Virus record (IMG/VR): IMGVR_UViG_3300017721_000660
Location: 1-32,469 of that record
From: a virus
Taxonomy: Duplodnaviria > Caudoviricetes
Direction: 5' to 3' (one strand)
Length of the DNA: 32,469 bases
Shown: positions 8,410 through 16,762 of the stretch, piece after piece
Layout: every line of letters starts with the position of its first letter
Numbering within the stretch: position 1 is the first letter of the stretch
Made by a program: the position numbers and the translations under genes
Notes under the pieces: generated by a model
The model's input: the letters and a program-made list of their open reading frames with translations, nothing else
What the model was told of the DNA's origin: nothing
Database searches by the model: none

Positions 8410-8688
8410 TCACAGCTGCTTCAGAATCAAAGCGGTGCAGACAGGGAGCAGCCCCCCGACCAAACCATACACACCACACTTGAGCTTGAGTGTGTTGACA
8501 TCTAACGCCAACCGCTGCAAGTCAGCCTGCGTGGCATTCTCTACGACTTGCCTGTTGCCACGTTCGTGCTTCAGCGCGCTGTCTACTCGGTTGCCTAGTT
8601 TCTCGACGCTCTCGTCGAGGCGCCGCAGCTCGTTCAAAACCAGTTTTTGGTAGTCTCGCCACCCGTTATTACCTGTGTCGCCCGTCAT
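8410..8688 (-). CDS. Coiled-coil protein with a C-terminal membrane anchor (XhlA/holin-like)
   Basis: 92 aa. Heptad-like LNELRRLDESVEKLGNRVD, then hydrophobic GVYGLVGGLLPVCTALIL at the C-terminus. Confidence 0.6.
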   Translation of the reverse strand: MTGDTGNNGWRDYQKLVLNELRRLDESVEKLGNRVDSALKHERGNRQVVENATQADLQRLALDVNTLKLKCGVYGLVGGLLPVCTALILKQL

Positions 8689-10412
8689 CGCGCTGTTGTT
8701 CTTGTAGTTGTGAATCTGTGCCAGTCAATCCGCAGCTCACGCTCAGTAGTGCCTGCGGTCTTATCAATACGGAAACCGATACCCATACGATCAGTGTTCG
8801 TCGGGATGTTACTCTCGTGACTCGCCTTTTGCACTCCGTCGATGTAGTAAGCAATCGAGGCTCCGTCAGCAGGCACTACGATCTTGAGCACAACAAAGGT
8901 TGTGTCATTACCTACCGGTGCTGTCGTCGTGACGGTCTTAGTTTCAGTGCCATTCCTGGCCGTTGCCGCGACCCAGTAGTCACCGTCAACCGAGCGCCTG
9001 TAGATCCAGTATGCGTAATCTGTTTCTGTCCCCGCGCCTCGATTGAACTTGTTGCTGAAGCCAAACGTAGCGTTGTATTCGTCGTCTTCATCAGACAACG
9101 CTTGCAGGTTTATTCGCGATTCAAAGGTGTAGGCTGTCTCGTTGTTAAACACGAGCGAATCGTTCCACGAGAATATCGCGTAGCGACCCGACGTGCCCGT
9201 GCCTGTTCTTAACTCAACCGCACCTGTTGCGTTGCTTGTGTCGTTGATCGTCTCCCACGATGTAGCAAAGCCACCACCGCTACCGTTTTTAGACCAGCCT
9301 AACGCATCGGTGTCAGGAACTAAGTAGTCCTCGAACCACACGCTGTGTAACTCGGTGTTGCCTACGTCAATAACTTGACGCATAGCCTCGGCGGTAGTCG
9401 CCGCGATTAGCGTTCGCGCAAGTGAAGTAAGCGTGGCTTGGCTGAACGTGTCAGTGCCCGTGCTGTAGGGGACTTTATCGGCGCCGGTAGCCACGCCCGC
9501 CAGCGCAACCAAAGTCGCGTCCGCAATCTTAGCCAGGGTGACTGCGTCGTCGGCTATCTTCGCAGAGCTCACCGCATCGTCGGCTATCTTCGCGGAGCTC
9601 ACCGAATCGTCGCGGGGGACACCCAGGTCTTGAGCCAACGTGTTGAGCGCCGTTTTGACGCTCATACCAGACGATAGCGGGGCGTTCATCGTGGCCCCGA
9701 GCGTCGTGTCTGTCGTCGAGGACACACCCAGTAGCGCGACCAGTTGATTGTTCTGGTCGTTCACGCGGCCGGCGCCCATAACGACAGCCCACCCGTTGCT
9801 GTCGTGCAGGCGTGAGACAACCGCAATTTGCTGAACAAACTGCGTAGAACCTGCTGGTCGCGTCTTAGTGAATCCGCCGGCGGTGCCACTCACGTAGAGT
9901 GGGTCGCCGTCGTCGTAGGTTGCGTCAGGCAATGCGAGGTTACTCACGACGCCAGCAGCGACCACGTGCCCTTCTGCGTTATCCGCAATGTCTGCTTGCA
10001 CGAAACCGAGCGCCGGCATCTTGGCCGCGTCGTCCGCGTCGGCTAACGCGACAAGAGGCTTGCCGCTACTGTGAGATCCTGACGCATAAACGATAGCGTT
10101 CCGGTCTAGTTTGGCGCCTGTTTCGTTGCGCACTTCGACAAGCACGAGACCGCCCGCACCTGCGTCGCCGGGCACCCATGCTCCGATAGTCGCGTTATAT
10201 ACCAGCGCCTGCTCGTCGGTAGGTGCAGCCGTATCGAAGTCAACGTCCGACAAGCCGCCAAGCGACGTAGCAAAGCCGGAGCGGCGTAGGTGGCGGCGCA
10301 ACTCAGGGCCCGCTATAGGGAGCGCGCCCGCTTGGTCAATAATTGACTTGCCGCGACCTTCGTTTGGCTGGGGGATACGGCCGAAGTTACCTTCCCCATT
10401 GCGCCGACGCAT
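8685..10412 (-). CDS. Fibre/spike protein with repeats and a C-terminal beta-sandwich (lectin/LamG-like) domain
   Basis: 575 aa. LSDV...PTDEQALVYN...WVP fibre motif; VALADAD...PALG...DIAD capsid-fibre-like segment; DDxVxxAKIA repeats; Trp/Tyr/Thr-rich beta C-terminus. Confidence 0.7.
   Translation of the reverse strand: MRRRNGEGNFGRIPQPNEGRGKSIIDQAGALPIAGPELRRHLRRSGFATSLGGLSDVDFDTAAPTDEQALVYNATIGAWVPGDAGAGGLVLVEVRNETGAKLDRNAIVYASGSHSSGKPLVALADADDAAKMPALGFVQADIADNAEGHVVAAGVVSNLALPDATYDDGDPLYVSGTAGGFTKTRPAGSTQFVQQIAVVSRLHDSNGWAVVMGAGRVNDQNNQLVALLGVSSTTDTTLGATMNAPLSSGMSVKTALNTLAQDLGVPRDDSVSSAKIADDAVSSAKIADDAVTLAKIADATLVALAGVATGADKVPYSTGTDTFSQATLTSLARTLIAATTAEAMRQVIDVGNTELHSVWFEDYLVPDTDALGWSKNGSGGGFATSWETINDTSNATGAVELRTGTGTSGRYAIFSWNDSLVFNNETAYTFESRINLQALSDEDDEYNATFGFSNKFNRGAGTETDYAYWIYRRSVDGDYWVAATARNGTETKTVTTTAPVGNDTTFVVLKIVVPADGASIAYYIDGVQKASHESNIPTNTDRMGIGFRIDKTAGTTERELRIDWHRFTTTRTTAR
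9520..9612 (-). repeat. Three 30-nt tandem repeats encoding DD(S/A)V(SS/TL)AKIA
   Basis: TCGTCGGCTATCTTCGC(A/G)GAGCTCACCG occurs twice with a 30-nt period, plus a diverged third copy. Confidence 0.85.
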
Positions 10413-12106
10413 TAGCTACCCGCCACCTGCGTGAATTGCTGTTCTGGTGGTGTGGGCGCCATGGACTGGGCCGTCGCGAGCTCGCTTGCGATGCCAGCCT
10501 GCTGCTGGCCCATCTCTGTCTGCGCTTGCGCGGCTTGCATCTGGTTGCGCGCTTCGCGGAGCTCGTCCGCTTCTTCGCGAGATATGAGCATGCGTTGCGG
10601 CACGCCCAAGCGCTCGGCTAAGTCTTCGACAAACTCGTCGCTGTTGAGGCGGTCGAGAATCTCGGGCTTCATTTGCGCGGCTGCGCCGGCAGTAGCCATG
10701 AACCTGTCAATACTCTTCGCTCCGACTGCTCGCTGCGTCTGCGCCAACATCGAGACGAACTCGATCTCTACCGTGTTGCCTACGAGCTCCTCCGGGATCG
10801 GGGGCAGCTCGCCAGCTTCCAGTAAGTAGTTGAAGGTGAGGTTGACGAGCGGCTCCAGAAGTTCGTTGTGTAGTCGCTCAAGCGCCGGCCCGAGCATAAG
10901 TAGTTTCTCTTCGTGCCGCTCGGCAACCTCGGTTGCCGTCATGTTCTTGTCGGTGTTCGCGATCATCAGGAACATGTCTGCGAACCACGCGCTGTTAATG
11001 CGCTGACGCACATCTTGGATGTCCATCAGTAGTGGTTGCAGATGTTGCCCCGGTTGCCACAGCGGGCCCGCGCGGTTCGACCCGGTCGCGTCGGTGTAGT
11101 TCTTGCCTCCAGGCGCCAAGTCGGTCTCTTGGTTCTTCATGTCCGACGGCAGTAGCATGCTCGGGTCGGACGCAAAGTCGATCATCTGGCTCTTACGGAA
11201 CTGCTCTTGCTGCAACTGAAGCACGTCGCCGAGCGCGTTCATGCCCGGCCCGCTGCCGTAGTCATCGCCGGCAATCAAAGACCACCGCGGGACCACACCA
11301 GGGAAGCGGTTGAATCCAGACTCACGCAGCACGTTGCTGGTGCGGTCTGGCTGCTGCGCGACCTCCCAGTAGACCGACCGCCACGGCATGTTCTGGTTGT
11401 CACTCGCGCGGAAGTCGCGGTCCATGCGCGGCTCAATCGCGTGGCGCACGGTCACCGGCTCGTCCTGGCCGTTGTTCTCTGCCAATGTGCGAACGCGGTC
11501 GCTGACCTTCTCGATGCCGAACTCGCGCACAACCTGCGCGACCGACATCTCCATCTCGCGATACAGCGTCTGCACGTCACCGTCGGGACCTGACGCCGCG
11601 CGGAACGACCCGAACGGCAGCACGTGCATGTGCACGATCCGCTCAGGGTGCGGCACGAGAATCGCGGCCGCGGTGCCATAAAGCGGGCAGTCCGTGTATA
11701 CCTGCTGAAGTGACCGGTAGACGTTCGACCCAGAGAACGTCTTCAGGATGATCCGCGTGACATCATCAAGGAACACGCGGATGTCGTGCTTGCGCGCGAG
11801 CTCGGGGTCACGCACACCCATACGGAACCATGGCCGCGCCGGCGAGCTCGCACCCGCCGTCAGGCCCGCAGACAGAATCTGAATCGCACGCTGGGGCGAG
11901 TTGTCGATGATGTCTTCGTTACGCGCCCACCCTTCGTTGCGATCTTCAGCCCAGAACCGGCCGGACCAGGGTAGGTAGTTGCGTGCGATCTCCTGGCCGT
12001 GCGCGCGCCAAGAACTGAATATGGTGTCGAGCCGGTGCCACCTGTCCTGCATTTGCTGGACTAGTGTCTGCCCGCTCTTGTTCCGTTGCTTGGCGGCTGC
12101 TGCCAT
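10412..12106 (-). CDS. Portal (head-tail connector) protein, Bbp21-like
   Basis: 564 aa. GASSPARPWFRM...SNVYRSL...YGTAA...LRESGFNRFP..VPRW...YGSGPGMNALGDV...MTATEVAERHEEKLLMLGPALERLHNELLEPL. Confidence 0.95.
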   Translation of the reverse strand: MAAAAKQRNKSGQTLVQQMQDRWHRLDTIFSSWRAHGQEIARNYLPWSGRFWAEDRNEGWARNEDIIDNSPQRAIQILSAGLTAGASSPARPWFRMGVRDPELARKHDIRVFLDDVTRIILKTFSGSNVYRSLQQVYTDCPLYGTAAAILVPHPERIVHMHVLPFGSFRAASGPDGDVQTLYREMEMSVAQVVREFGIEKVSDRVRTLAENNGQDEPVTVRHAIEPRMDRDFRASDNQNMPWRSVYWEVAQQPDRTSNVLRESGFNRFPGVVPRWSLIAGDDYGSGPGMNALGDVLQLQQEQFRKSQMIDFASDPSMLLPSDMKNQETDLAPGGKNYTDATGSNRAGPLWQPGQHLQPLLMDIQDVRQRINSAWFADMFLMIANTDKNMTATEVAERHEEKLLMLGPALERLHNELLEPLVNLTFNYLLEAGELPPIPEELVGNTVEIEFVSMLAQTQRAVGAKSIDRFMATAGAAAQMKPEILDRLNSDEFVEDLAERLGVPQRMLISREEADELREARNQMQAAQAQTEMGQQQAGIASELATAQSMAPTPPEQQFTQVAGS

Positions 12107-12109
12107 GGG

Positions 12110-12439
12110 TTACTCTCCTAGTAGTGCTGCGGTGCCGAGACGCAAAGCCTCTGGGTCGACGCCACCGGCGCCACTCATACGGGAACGGTTCATCGTGCCG
12201 ACCGCGTCTTCTTCTGCCTGAAGAATCGCAGTGGGGTCCGCCATCTCACGATCAGCGGCCGCCGTCTCCATGGCTTCTTCACGCTTCTGCGAAACCATCG
12301 ACGATTCAGCGGCAGCCTGCTGCTCCTGTTGACGCGCACGACCACGTTTAGCCTCCGTCTGTTGCATCCGCGCCTGCCCTGCGCCTGCGCCAGCGGCGAT
12401 AACTGCTCCAATAATTGCACCTACTCCTGCACTTACCAT
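12110..12439 (-). CDS. Small virion-associated protein with a Gly/Ala-rich N-terminal helix and Gln-rich coiled coil
   Basis: 109 aa ending ...LRLGTAALLGE, like small genes that precede BPP-1-type portal genes. Confidence 0.65.
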   Translation of the reverse strand: MVSAGVGAIIGAVIAAGAGAGQARMQQTEAKRGRARQQEQQAAAESSMVSQKREEAMETAAADREMADPTAILQAEEDAVGTMNRSRMSGAGGVDPEALRLGTAALLGE

Positions 12440-12885
12440 TCGATCTGCTCCTCGTAAAACACTTCAAACTTCTTGAACCGGTCCTTGCTGTCGAGCACGC
12501 GCTCGAACGCAGTCCCTGCCTTAGCACCCCACAGCACCGACGTGGCAGTTAGTGAACGTGCGGCGCGAGAAAAAGCGCCCATCAGCTGTTCACAGGTAGC
12601 TGCGTTACGGTGGTCGGGGTCGATGTAAAAGACATCGACCTGCGCATAGCACCAGCTCTGGTGTTGTATGTGCTTGTCGATGAAAAACCCGGCGACGTAG
12701 CCAACGAGCGCTTCGCCCGCCCAGGCCCCGAACACCAGCAGCTTGTGCGCGTCCTCTGCCAAGGAATACACAGACCAGTCAATGTCGAGCTCGCGGTGGC
12801 CAGTCTCCTGCCCGTTCGCTGCCAGCAGCGCCGCGCCCTGCTCTCGCAAGTCGCAGCACCTGAGTCTGTCTACTCGGATGTCCAC
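12433..12885 (-). CDS. GNAT-fold acetyltransferase-like protein
   Basis: 150 aa. LDIDWSVY...ALVGY...VDVFYIDPDHRN...LMGAFSRAARSL resembles GNAT motif A, although the usual R-G-x-G is degenerate. Confidence 0.7.
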   Translation of the reverse strand: MDIRVDRLRCCDLREQGAALLAANGQETGHRELDIDWSVYSLAEDAHKLLVFGAWAGEALVGYVAGFFIDKHIQHQSWCYAQVDVFYIDPDHRNAATCEQLMGAFSRAARSLTATSVLWGAKAGTAFERVLDSKDRFKKFEVFYEEQIEW

Positions 12886-13121
12886 TACCAGAGGGCGATT
12901 GTGTTTACCGGGACGGTGCCCACGCCCTTGGCCTGGATCTCAAGGACGGTGCCCACAGGCACCGCGGTGAAGGCGACGGTAGTGCCATCAGTCAGCACTA
13001 CGTTTACCGTGCCGCTAGTTGCGATGTAGAGTGCCGAGCATGGGTTTGCGAATGTCGTGTCGGAAGTTGCCGCGGACGCGTGGACGTAACGAGCTCTTGT
13101 TGTGCTTGCGAAGTCAGCCAT
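12885..13121 (-). CDS. Small beta protein resembling the head spike base protein (RcGTA Rcc01079 family)
   Basis: 78 aa. SDTT...CSALYIATSGTVNV...GTTVAFTAVPVGTVLEIQAK.V...TIALW follows the family pattern as I recall it. Confidence 0.7.
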   Translation of the reverse strand: MADFASTTRARYVHASAATSDTTFANPCSALYIATSGTVNVVLTDGTTVAFTAVPVGTVLEIQAKGVGTVPVNTIALW

Positions 13122-13142
13122 GAGGTAGAGCGTGCCACAAAG

Positions 13143-13161
13143 GGGGCCCGCCCTGGGCCCC
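13143..13161 (-). terminator. GC hairpin immediately after the terminase stop codon (possible weak terminator)
   Basis: Minus strand reads GGGGCCC-AGGGC-GGGCCCC followed by CTTTGT. Confidence 0.4.
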
Positions 13162-14534
13162 TAGCGCTCTCGCCAGTGCTTCATCGGGTGGTATCCGGCC
13201 CGTCGTGCCTCGTTCCGCGGCCGCTGCGCCACCGGAGGGGCGAACGGGTGGGTCGGGTCGTAGTCGACGTGGATGTTCGGTGGCGGCAGGTCCGCGGCAA
13301 AAGTGAGGGCCAGGGCGTCACCTATGTCGGGTGAGCCCGCGTCAGGGAGCCGGGCTCGGATGTCGTCCTTGGACTCCAGCTTGTAGCGGCCGCGCACGTC
13401 GAACTCGTAGACCGGCGTGGCGAGCTCCTGCTTGAGCGTGAGCTCGTCGTAGATGGCGCCGCCAGCGTCGACCCAATCGCGCAGCTTGAACCACATCTCG
13501 GTGCGCTTGTTGATGTAGAGCTCCTCCTTGGCCGCCTTGCCCCCGAACGGCACCTCGGTGATCGAGTAGTGGAGCATGCGCAGCCGGTCGATCACGCCCG
13601 CGTCGGCCGCATCGACGAACACGGCGTGCGGCTTGTGCTGCTCAATCTCCTGCGAGACGCGCGCGGCAAGCTGCATGTTGTCCAGGCTTCGCATCACGAT
13701 AGGTGCGAACATCTGCAAGCCCTGACGGCGCACGATCACTGAGCGGTCGTTGCCGAACCGGGCGCCGTCGACGCCGAGCACGACCGGCGACGCGGCGATG
13801 TCGCCGGTCGTGTAGGAGCGGCCGCCCGATATCTGCACGTCGTTCAACGAGATCAGCTGATCGTCGCCCTGCGCGGAGAAGTCGCAGAGCATCTCGCGGG
13901 CGAACGCCTGCTCGGACATCGTGTCGCGCATCTCTTCGATCTCGCGCGACGATAGGCCCTCTGTCTCATAGCACGTCCAGAGCCCGACGAACCACTCTTC
14001 GCCCGCCGCCATACGCTCCAGGCCCACATGGTATATCTGGCTGAACAGGTCGACGCGCTTGACCGTGCCGATGAACAGCGCGCCACCTTCCCGGTCAGCG
14101 AGCGCCGGGCGGCATACCTCGAACCATAGCTCGGGCTTCATCTGCGCCACCTCGTCGAGCACTGCGAAGTCGAGACGCAATCCGCGAAGGGCGTCGGGAT
14201 TATCGGAGCCAAACAATCGCACGATTGCACCGTTGTGCTTGAACGCGACGGAGAGCTCCGACTCGTTGATCGCTACGTGCCCCGTCTGCACGAGCGGTGC
14301 GACGATCTGCTTGAGCCGCGCCCACGCCACCGCCTTCGCCTGCTTCAGCTGCGGCGCCACATAGACGAACATGCCGAGCGTCTGCGCGAACGTCATCGCG
14401 CGGTCGAGCAGCTCCATCAACGCGAGCTCTGTCTTGCCCGCGCGGCGGTGTAGGACCAGCACGTTGAAACGGCGCATGCTCTGGTGTGCGGTGCGCTGCC
14501 ACTCGCGCGGCTTGTATGGGATGGTTATCCGCAT
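13161..14534 (-). CDS. terL: Terminase large subunit
   Basis: 457 aa. Walker A HRRAGKT, Walker B AVLDE, LRG motif, RNase H-like GVDGARFGNDRS and SPDIGDALAL. Confidence 0.95.
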   Translation of the reverse strand: MRITIPYKPREWQRTAHQSMRRFNVLVLHRRAGKTELALMELLDRAMTFAQTLGMFVYVAPQLKQAKAVAWARLKQIVAPLVQTGHVAINESELSVAFKHNGAIVRLFGSDNPDALRGLRLDFAVLDEVAQMKPELWFEVCRPALADREGGALFIGTVKRVDLFSQIYHVGLERMAAGEEWFVGLWTCYETEGLSSREIEEMRDTMSEQAFAREMLCDFSAQGDDQLISLNDVQISGGRSYTTGDIAASPVVLGVDGARFGNDRSVIVRRQGLQMFAPIVMRSLDNMQLAARVSQEIEQHKPHAVFVDAADAGVIDRLRMLHYSITEVPFGGKAAKEELYINKRTEMWFKLRDWVDAGGAIYDELTLKQELATPVYEFDVRGRYKLESKDDIRARLPDAGSPDIGDALALTFAADLPPPNIHVDYDPTHPFAPPVAQRPRNEARRAGYHPMKHWRER

Positions 14535-14830
14535 TGCAGTTTGTCAATCTCCGCCTGGATGTCATGCCGTAACCATGCACGGGTCTCGCGCTCTAGCTTG
14601 TCTTGCAGATGCAGTAGCCGGTTGACGCGCGTGCACTTGACCGTCTCGTTGTCACGACGCGCCGGTGGCGGCGGCTGCGATGCCCGACGCGCCACGCGTG
14701 CGTCGCGAGCAGCGCGCATCAGGATCAACGTGCACTTCTTGCACTTGCGCCGATACTTGCCGTAGGTGTCGGTGTAGCTGTAGGTGTTCGACGGGGTCCA
14801 CTCGTGGCCGCGGTTGCATGTGTCGGTCAT
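14525..14830 (-). CDS. Small Zn-binding protein (CxRGH...NTY...CxxC module often appended to phage HNH nucleases)
   Basis: 101 aa beginning TCNRGHEWTPSNTY...RKCKKC; no HNH catalytic motif visible. Confidence 0.65.
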   Translation of the reverse strand: MTDTCNRGHEWTPSNTYSYTDTYGKYRRKCKKCTLILMRAARDARVARRASQPPPPARRDNETVKCTRVNRLLHLQDKLERETRAWLRHDIQAEIDKLQCG

Positions 14831-15003
14831 CGCGCTGCGTAGATCATGGATACCTGGGGTGCGTCGACCTCGACGAACGTGTTGCCCAACTCGCGGGCAT
14901 ACACCTTGTCGCCTGCACGGACCACGTCGACATCGTCGGCCACGACCGCGTCGCCGATGGCGTTACCTTTCTTGTCTTCAAACTGGCACGGTGAGTGGCT
15001 CAT
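14827..15003 (-). CDS. Hypothetical protein, 58 aa
   Basis: Not in the ORF track. ATGA overlaps at both ends. Sequence: MSHSPCQFEDKKGNAIGDAVVADDVDVVRAGDKVYARELGNTFVEVDAPQVSMIYAAR. Confidence 0.65.
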   Translation of the reverse strand: MSHSPCQFEDKKGNAIGDAVVADDVDVVRAGDKVYARELGNTFVEVDAPQVSMIYAAR

Positions 15004-15464
15004 AGTATGTCCTCGATGCTGTCTGCCGGTAGCACGCGGTGCTCGGCGTCCTTCACTTGTTCAGGCGCCCGCGGCACGCCAGTGACGACCTGCAACGACG
15101 TGGCGCCGCTGTGCTCGGTCTTGGTCTTTGGTTGGTAGTCGTCGAGCAGCCGTTCGGCCGCCCACTGTCGCGCCTTGATGCGCGCCTCCATCGCTCGCAC
15201 CTGCAACGCATCGGTCGCGAACTCTAGCTCGTCGGCGAGGGCGATCACCTCGTCGGCCTGCTCGCGCACGTAGTCCTCGCGCGCTTGCCGATACGCATCG
15301 AACAGGTCCGGGTGCTTGCGCAGCGCTGCGCGGAACTTCAGCTTCGTGAAGCCGCCGAAGTCGCCGACGTTCTTGCACGCCTGATCGACGCGCACACCGC
15401 GCGCCACTCGGTTGATAACGACAGATGCCGCGTCCTTCACGGCGAGTGCATACTTGCGAGTCAT
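15000..15464 (-). CDS. terS: Terminase small subunit (Sf6 gp1-like)
   Basis: Start reassigned to ATG 15464 (ATGA overlap); 154 aa. HPDLFDAYRQARE...ADEVIALADE...RIKARQWAAERL...TEHSG, upstream of terL. Confidence 0.8.
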   Translation of the reverse strand: MTRKYALAVKDAASVVINRVARGVRVDQACKNVGDFGGFTKLKFRAALRKHPDLFDAYRQAREDYVREQADEVIALADELEFATDALQVRAMEARIKARQWAAERLLDDYQPKTKTEHSGATSLQVVTGVPRAPEQVKDAEHRVLPADSIEDIL

Positions 15465-15658
15465 TTGGGTGGGATCCGCTTCAGGAATGGTCGGCGAGTG
15501 TAGCGCAACCACTTGCGCACTGTCTCGTATGGTTGGTCGACGACCTCGGCAACCTGCTTGAACGTGAGGCCGTGCCGCTCGCGCAGGTCGCGCGCATAGC
15601 GGACGAGGTCGTCGTCGACCTTGGCCCTCGGGTGGTCCTCTTGCGACTCGCTGCTCAT
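15461..15658 (-). CDS. Helix-turn-helix DNA-binding protein, 65 aa
   Basis: Start ATG 15658 (ATGA overlap). HPRAKVDDDLVRYARDLRERHGLTFKQVAEVVDQPYETVRKWL. Confidence 0.75.
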   Translation of the reverse strand: MSSESQEDHPRAKVDDDLVRYARDLRERHGLTFKQVAEVVDQPYETVRKWLRYTRRPFLKRIPPK

Positions 15659-15897
15659 CCACCTACCGCGTGCAGTAGCGGCTGCGCGCGGCAGCTCATG
15701 AGCGCCATCGCCACAGCTGCGAGAGCCACGAAGCCAGCAAGCAGCACGACCAGCCCCAGCGCCGACGAACTGCGCACAGCCTCGTCGTCGTGCTCGACGG
15801 CTTCGATGCGCTTGTCGAGCTCGTCGACAAGCGCAGGCAGGTCCTCGGCCGCGGCCCACGCGCGCAGGTTGCGCAGCTCGATCAGTAGCTGCGTCAC
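15655..15897 (-). CDS. Hypothetical membrane protein, 80 aa
   Basis: GTG 15897 (GTGA overlap); one transmembrane segment, ALGLVVLLAGFVALAAVAMALM. Confidence 0.6.
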   Translation of the reverse strand: MTQLLIELRNLRAWAAAEDLPALVDELDKRIEAVEHDDEAVRSSSALGLVVLLAGFVALAAVAMALMSCRAQPLLHAVGG

Positions 15898-16139
15898 TTG
15901 TCCGCCTCGGTGCGCGGGAACGCCAGCTGCCGATGCTCGCCGCACCAGCCCTCGCTGGTGACCTGCGGCCAATCCGCGAACCAGTATTCGGCTGCCCGGT
16001 AGCCGTCGCGGGTCGCGTTGAGCGCCAGGAGCTCGGCCAACATCACCGGCGGGTTGCGGTGGCATCTACCAATCTCCGGCGCATTGCCCTCGGCAGGTGC
16101 TTCGAGCTCGTAGAACGTGCAGGTGCGGCATCGATTCAT
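15894..16139 (-). CDS. Small Cys-rich phage protein
   Basis: 81 aa. CRTCTFY...GRCHRNPP...WPQV..EGWCGEH gives a four-Cys metal-binding pattern common in phages. Confidence 0.75.
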   Translation of the reverse strand: MNRCRTCTFYELEAPAEGNAPEIGRCHRNPPVMLAELLALNATRDGYRAAEYWFADWPQVTSEGWCGEHRQLAFPRTEADK

Positions 16140-16519
16140 GGCGCCATCCTATCACGGCAATCGTCCCATGGCTCGAAGATCGCGAGCACGCTGCCCGGCC
16201 TGCGCACCTCGCCCGACCAGCAGCCTGCGAGCAGCTGCACCTCCACGTCATCGCGGCCGTTGGCCTCGAACACGCCATCGAGCGCGCCCTTGCACGCTGC
16301 GATCAGGTTGTCGAGGTCGCGGCGCCGCTTGTCCGGCGGCGTGAACACCAGCAGCACGCGCAAGGGCCCCTGGGGCAGCGCTGCGGCCGTGATCGCAGCA
16401 CCGCCTGCCTCGCGTCGCTGCCTGCGCCGCTCGCGCGTGCGCGCGTGCACATGCGCTCCGCTGTTCGGCATGCACGCTCGCGGTGGCCAGCACAACTCAA
16501 TCTCTGCATTCTCAATCAT
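16136..16519 (-). CDS. rusA: RusA-like Holliday junction resolvase
   Basis: LCWPP...PN...FTPPDKRRRDLDNLIAACKGALDGV...DD. ATG 16519 chosen for GAGGAG spacing; TTG 16528 is an alternative start. Confidence 0.85.
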   Translation of the reverse strand: MIENAEIELCWPPRACMPNSGAHVHARTRERRRQRREAGGAAITAAALPQGPLRVLLVFTPPDKRRRDLDNLIAACKGALDGVFEANGRDDVEVQLLAGCWSGEVRRPGSVLAIFEPWDDCRDRMAP

Positions 16520-16560
16520 TGTGTCCAATCTCCTCGCATCATCTCCTGTCGTGCCCTGGT

Positions 16561-16753
16561 CGACGGTTCTGTAGAACCGTCGCCCGTTAACGGGCTACCG
16601 ACGCACAGGCCCTAAAGTAGCCCGTTGTAGCCCGTCACGGGCGACAAACCACTACCACACAAGCACTTGTAGCCTGTTGCGCATCGTCGCCCGTTGCTCG
16701 CCCGTTGGTGTCTGAAGGTGTCCAATCGTATTTGTCGCCCGTTAACGGGCGAC
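16561..16753. repeat. Iteron/palindrome cluster, putative replication origin
   Basis: Non-coding. About 10 GCCCGTT-like units in both orientations; palindromes at 16582-16595 and 16734-16753 (20 bp); 10-bp inverted repeat at 16561-16582. Confidence 0.65.
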
Positions 16754-16762
16754 GATTTTGAC

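Noticed and set aside
16561-16753. CRISPR array
   Set aside because: The repeats are 7-20 bp, in mixed orientation and irregularly spaced, with no uniform spacers.
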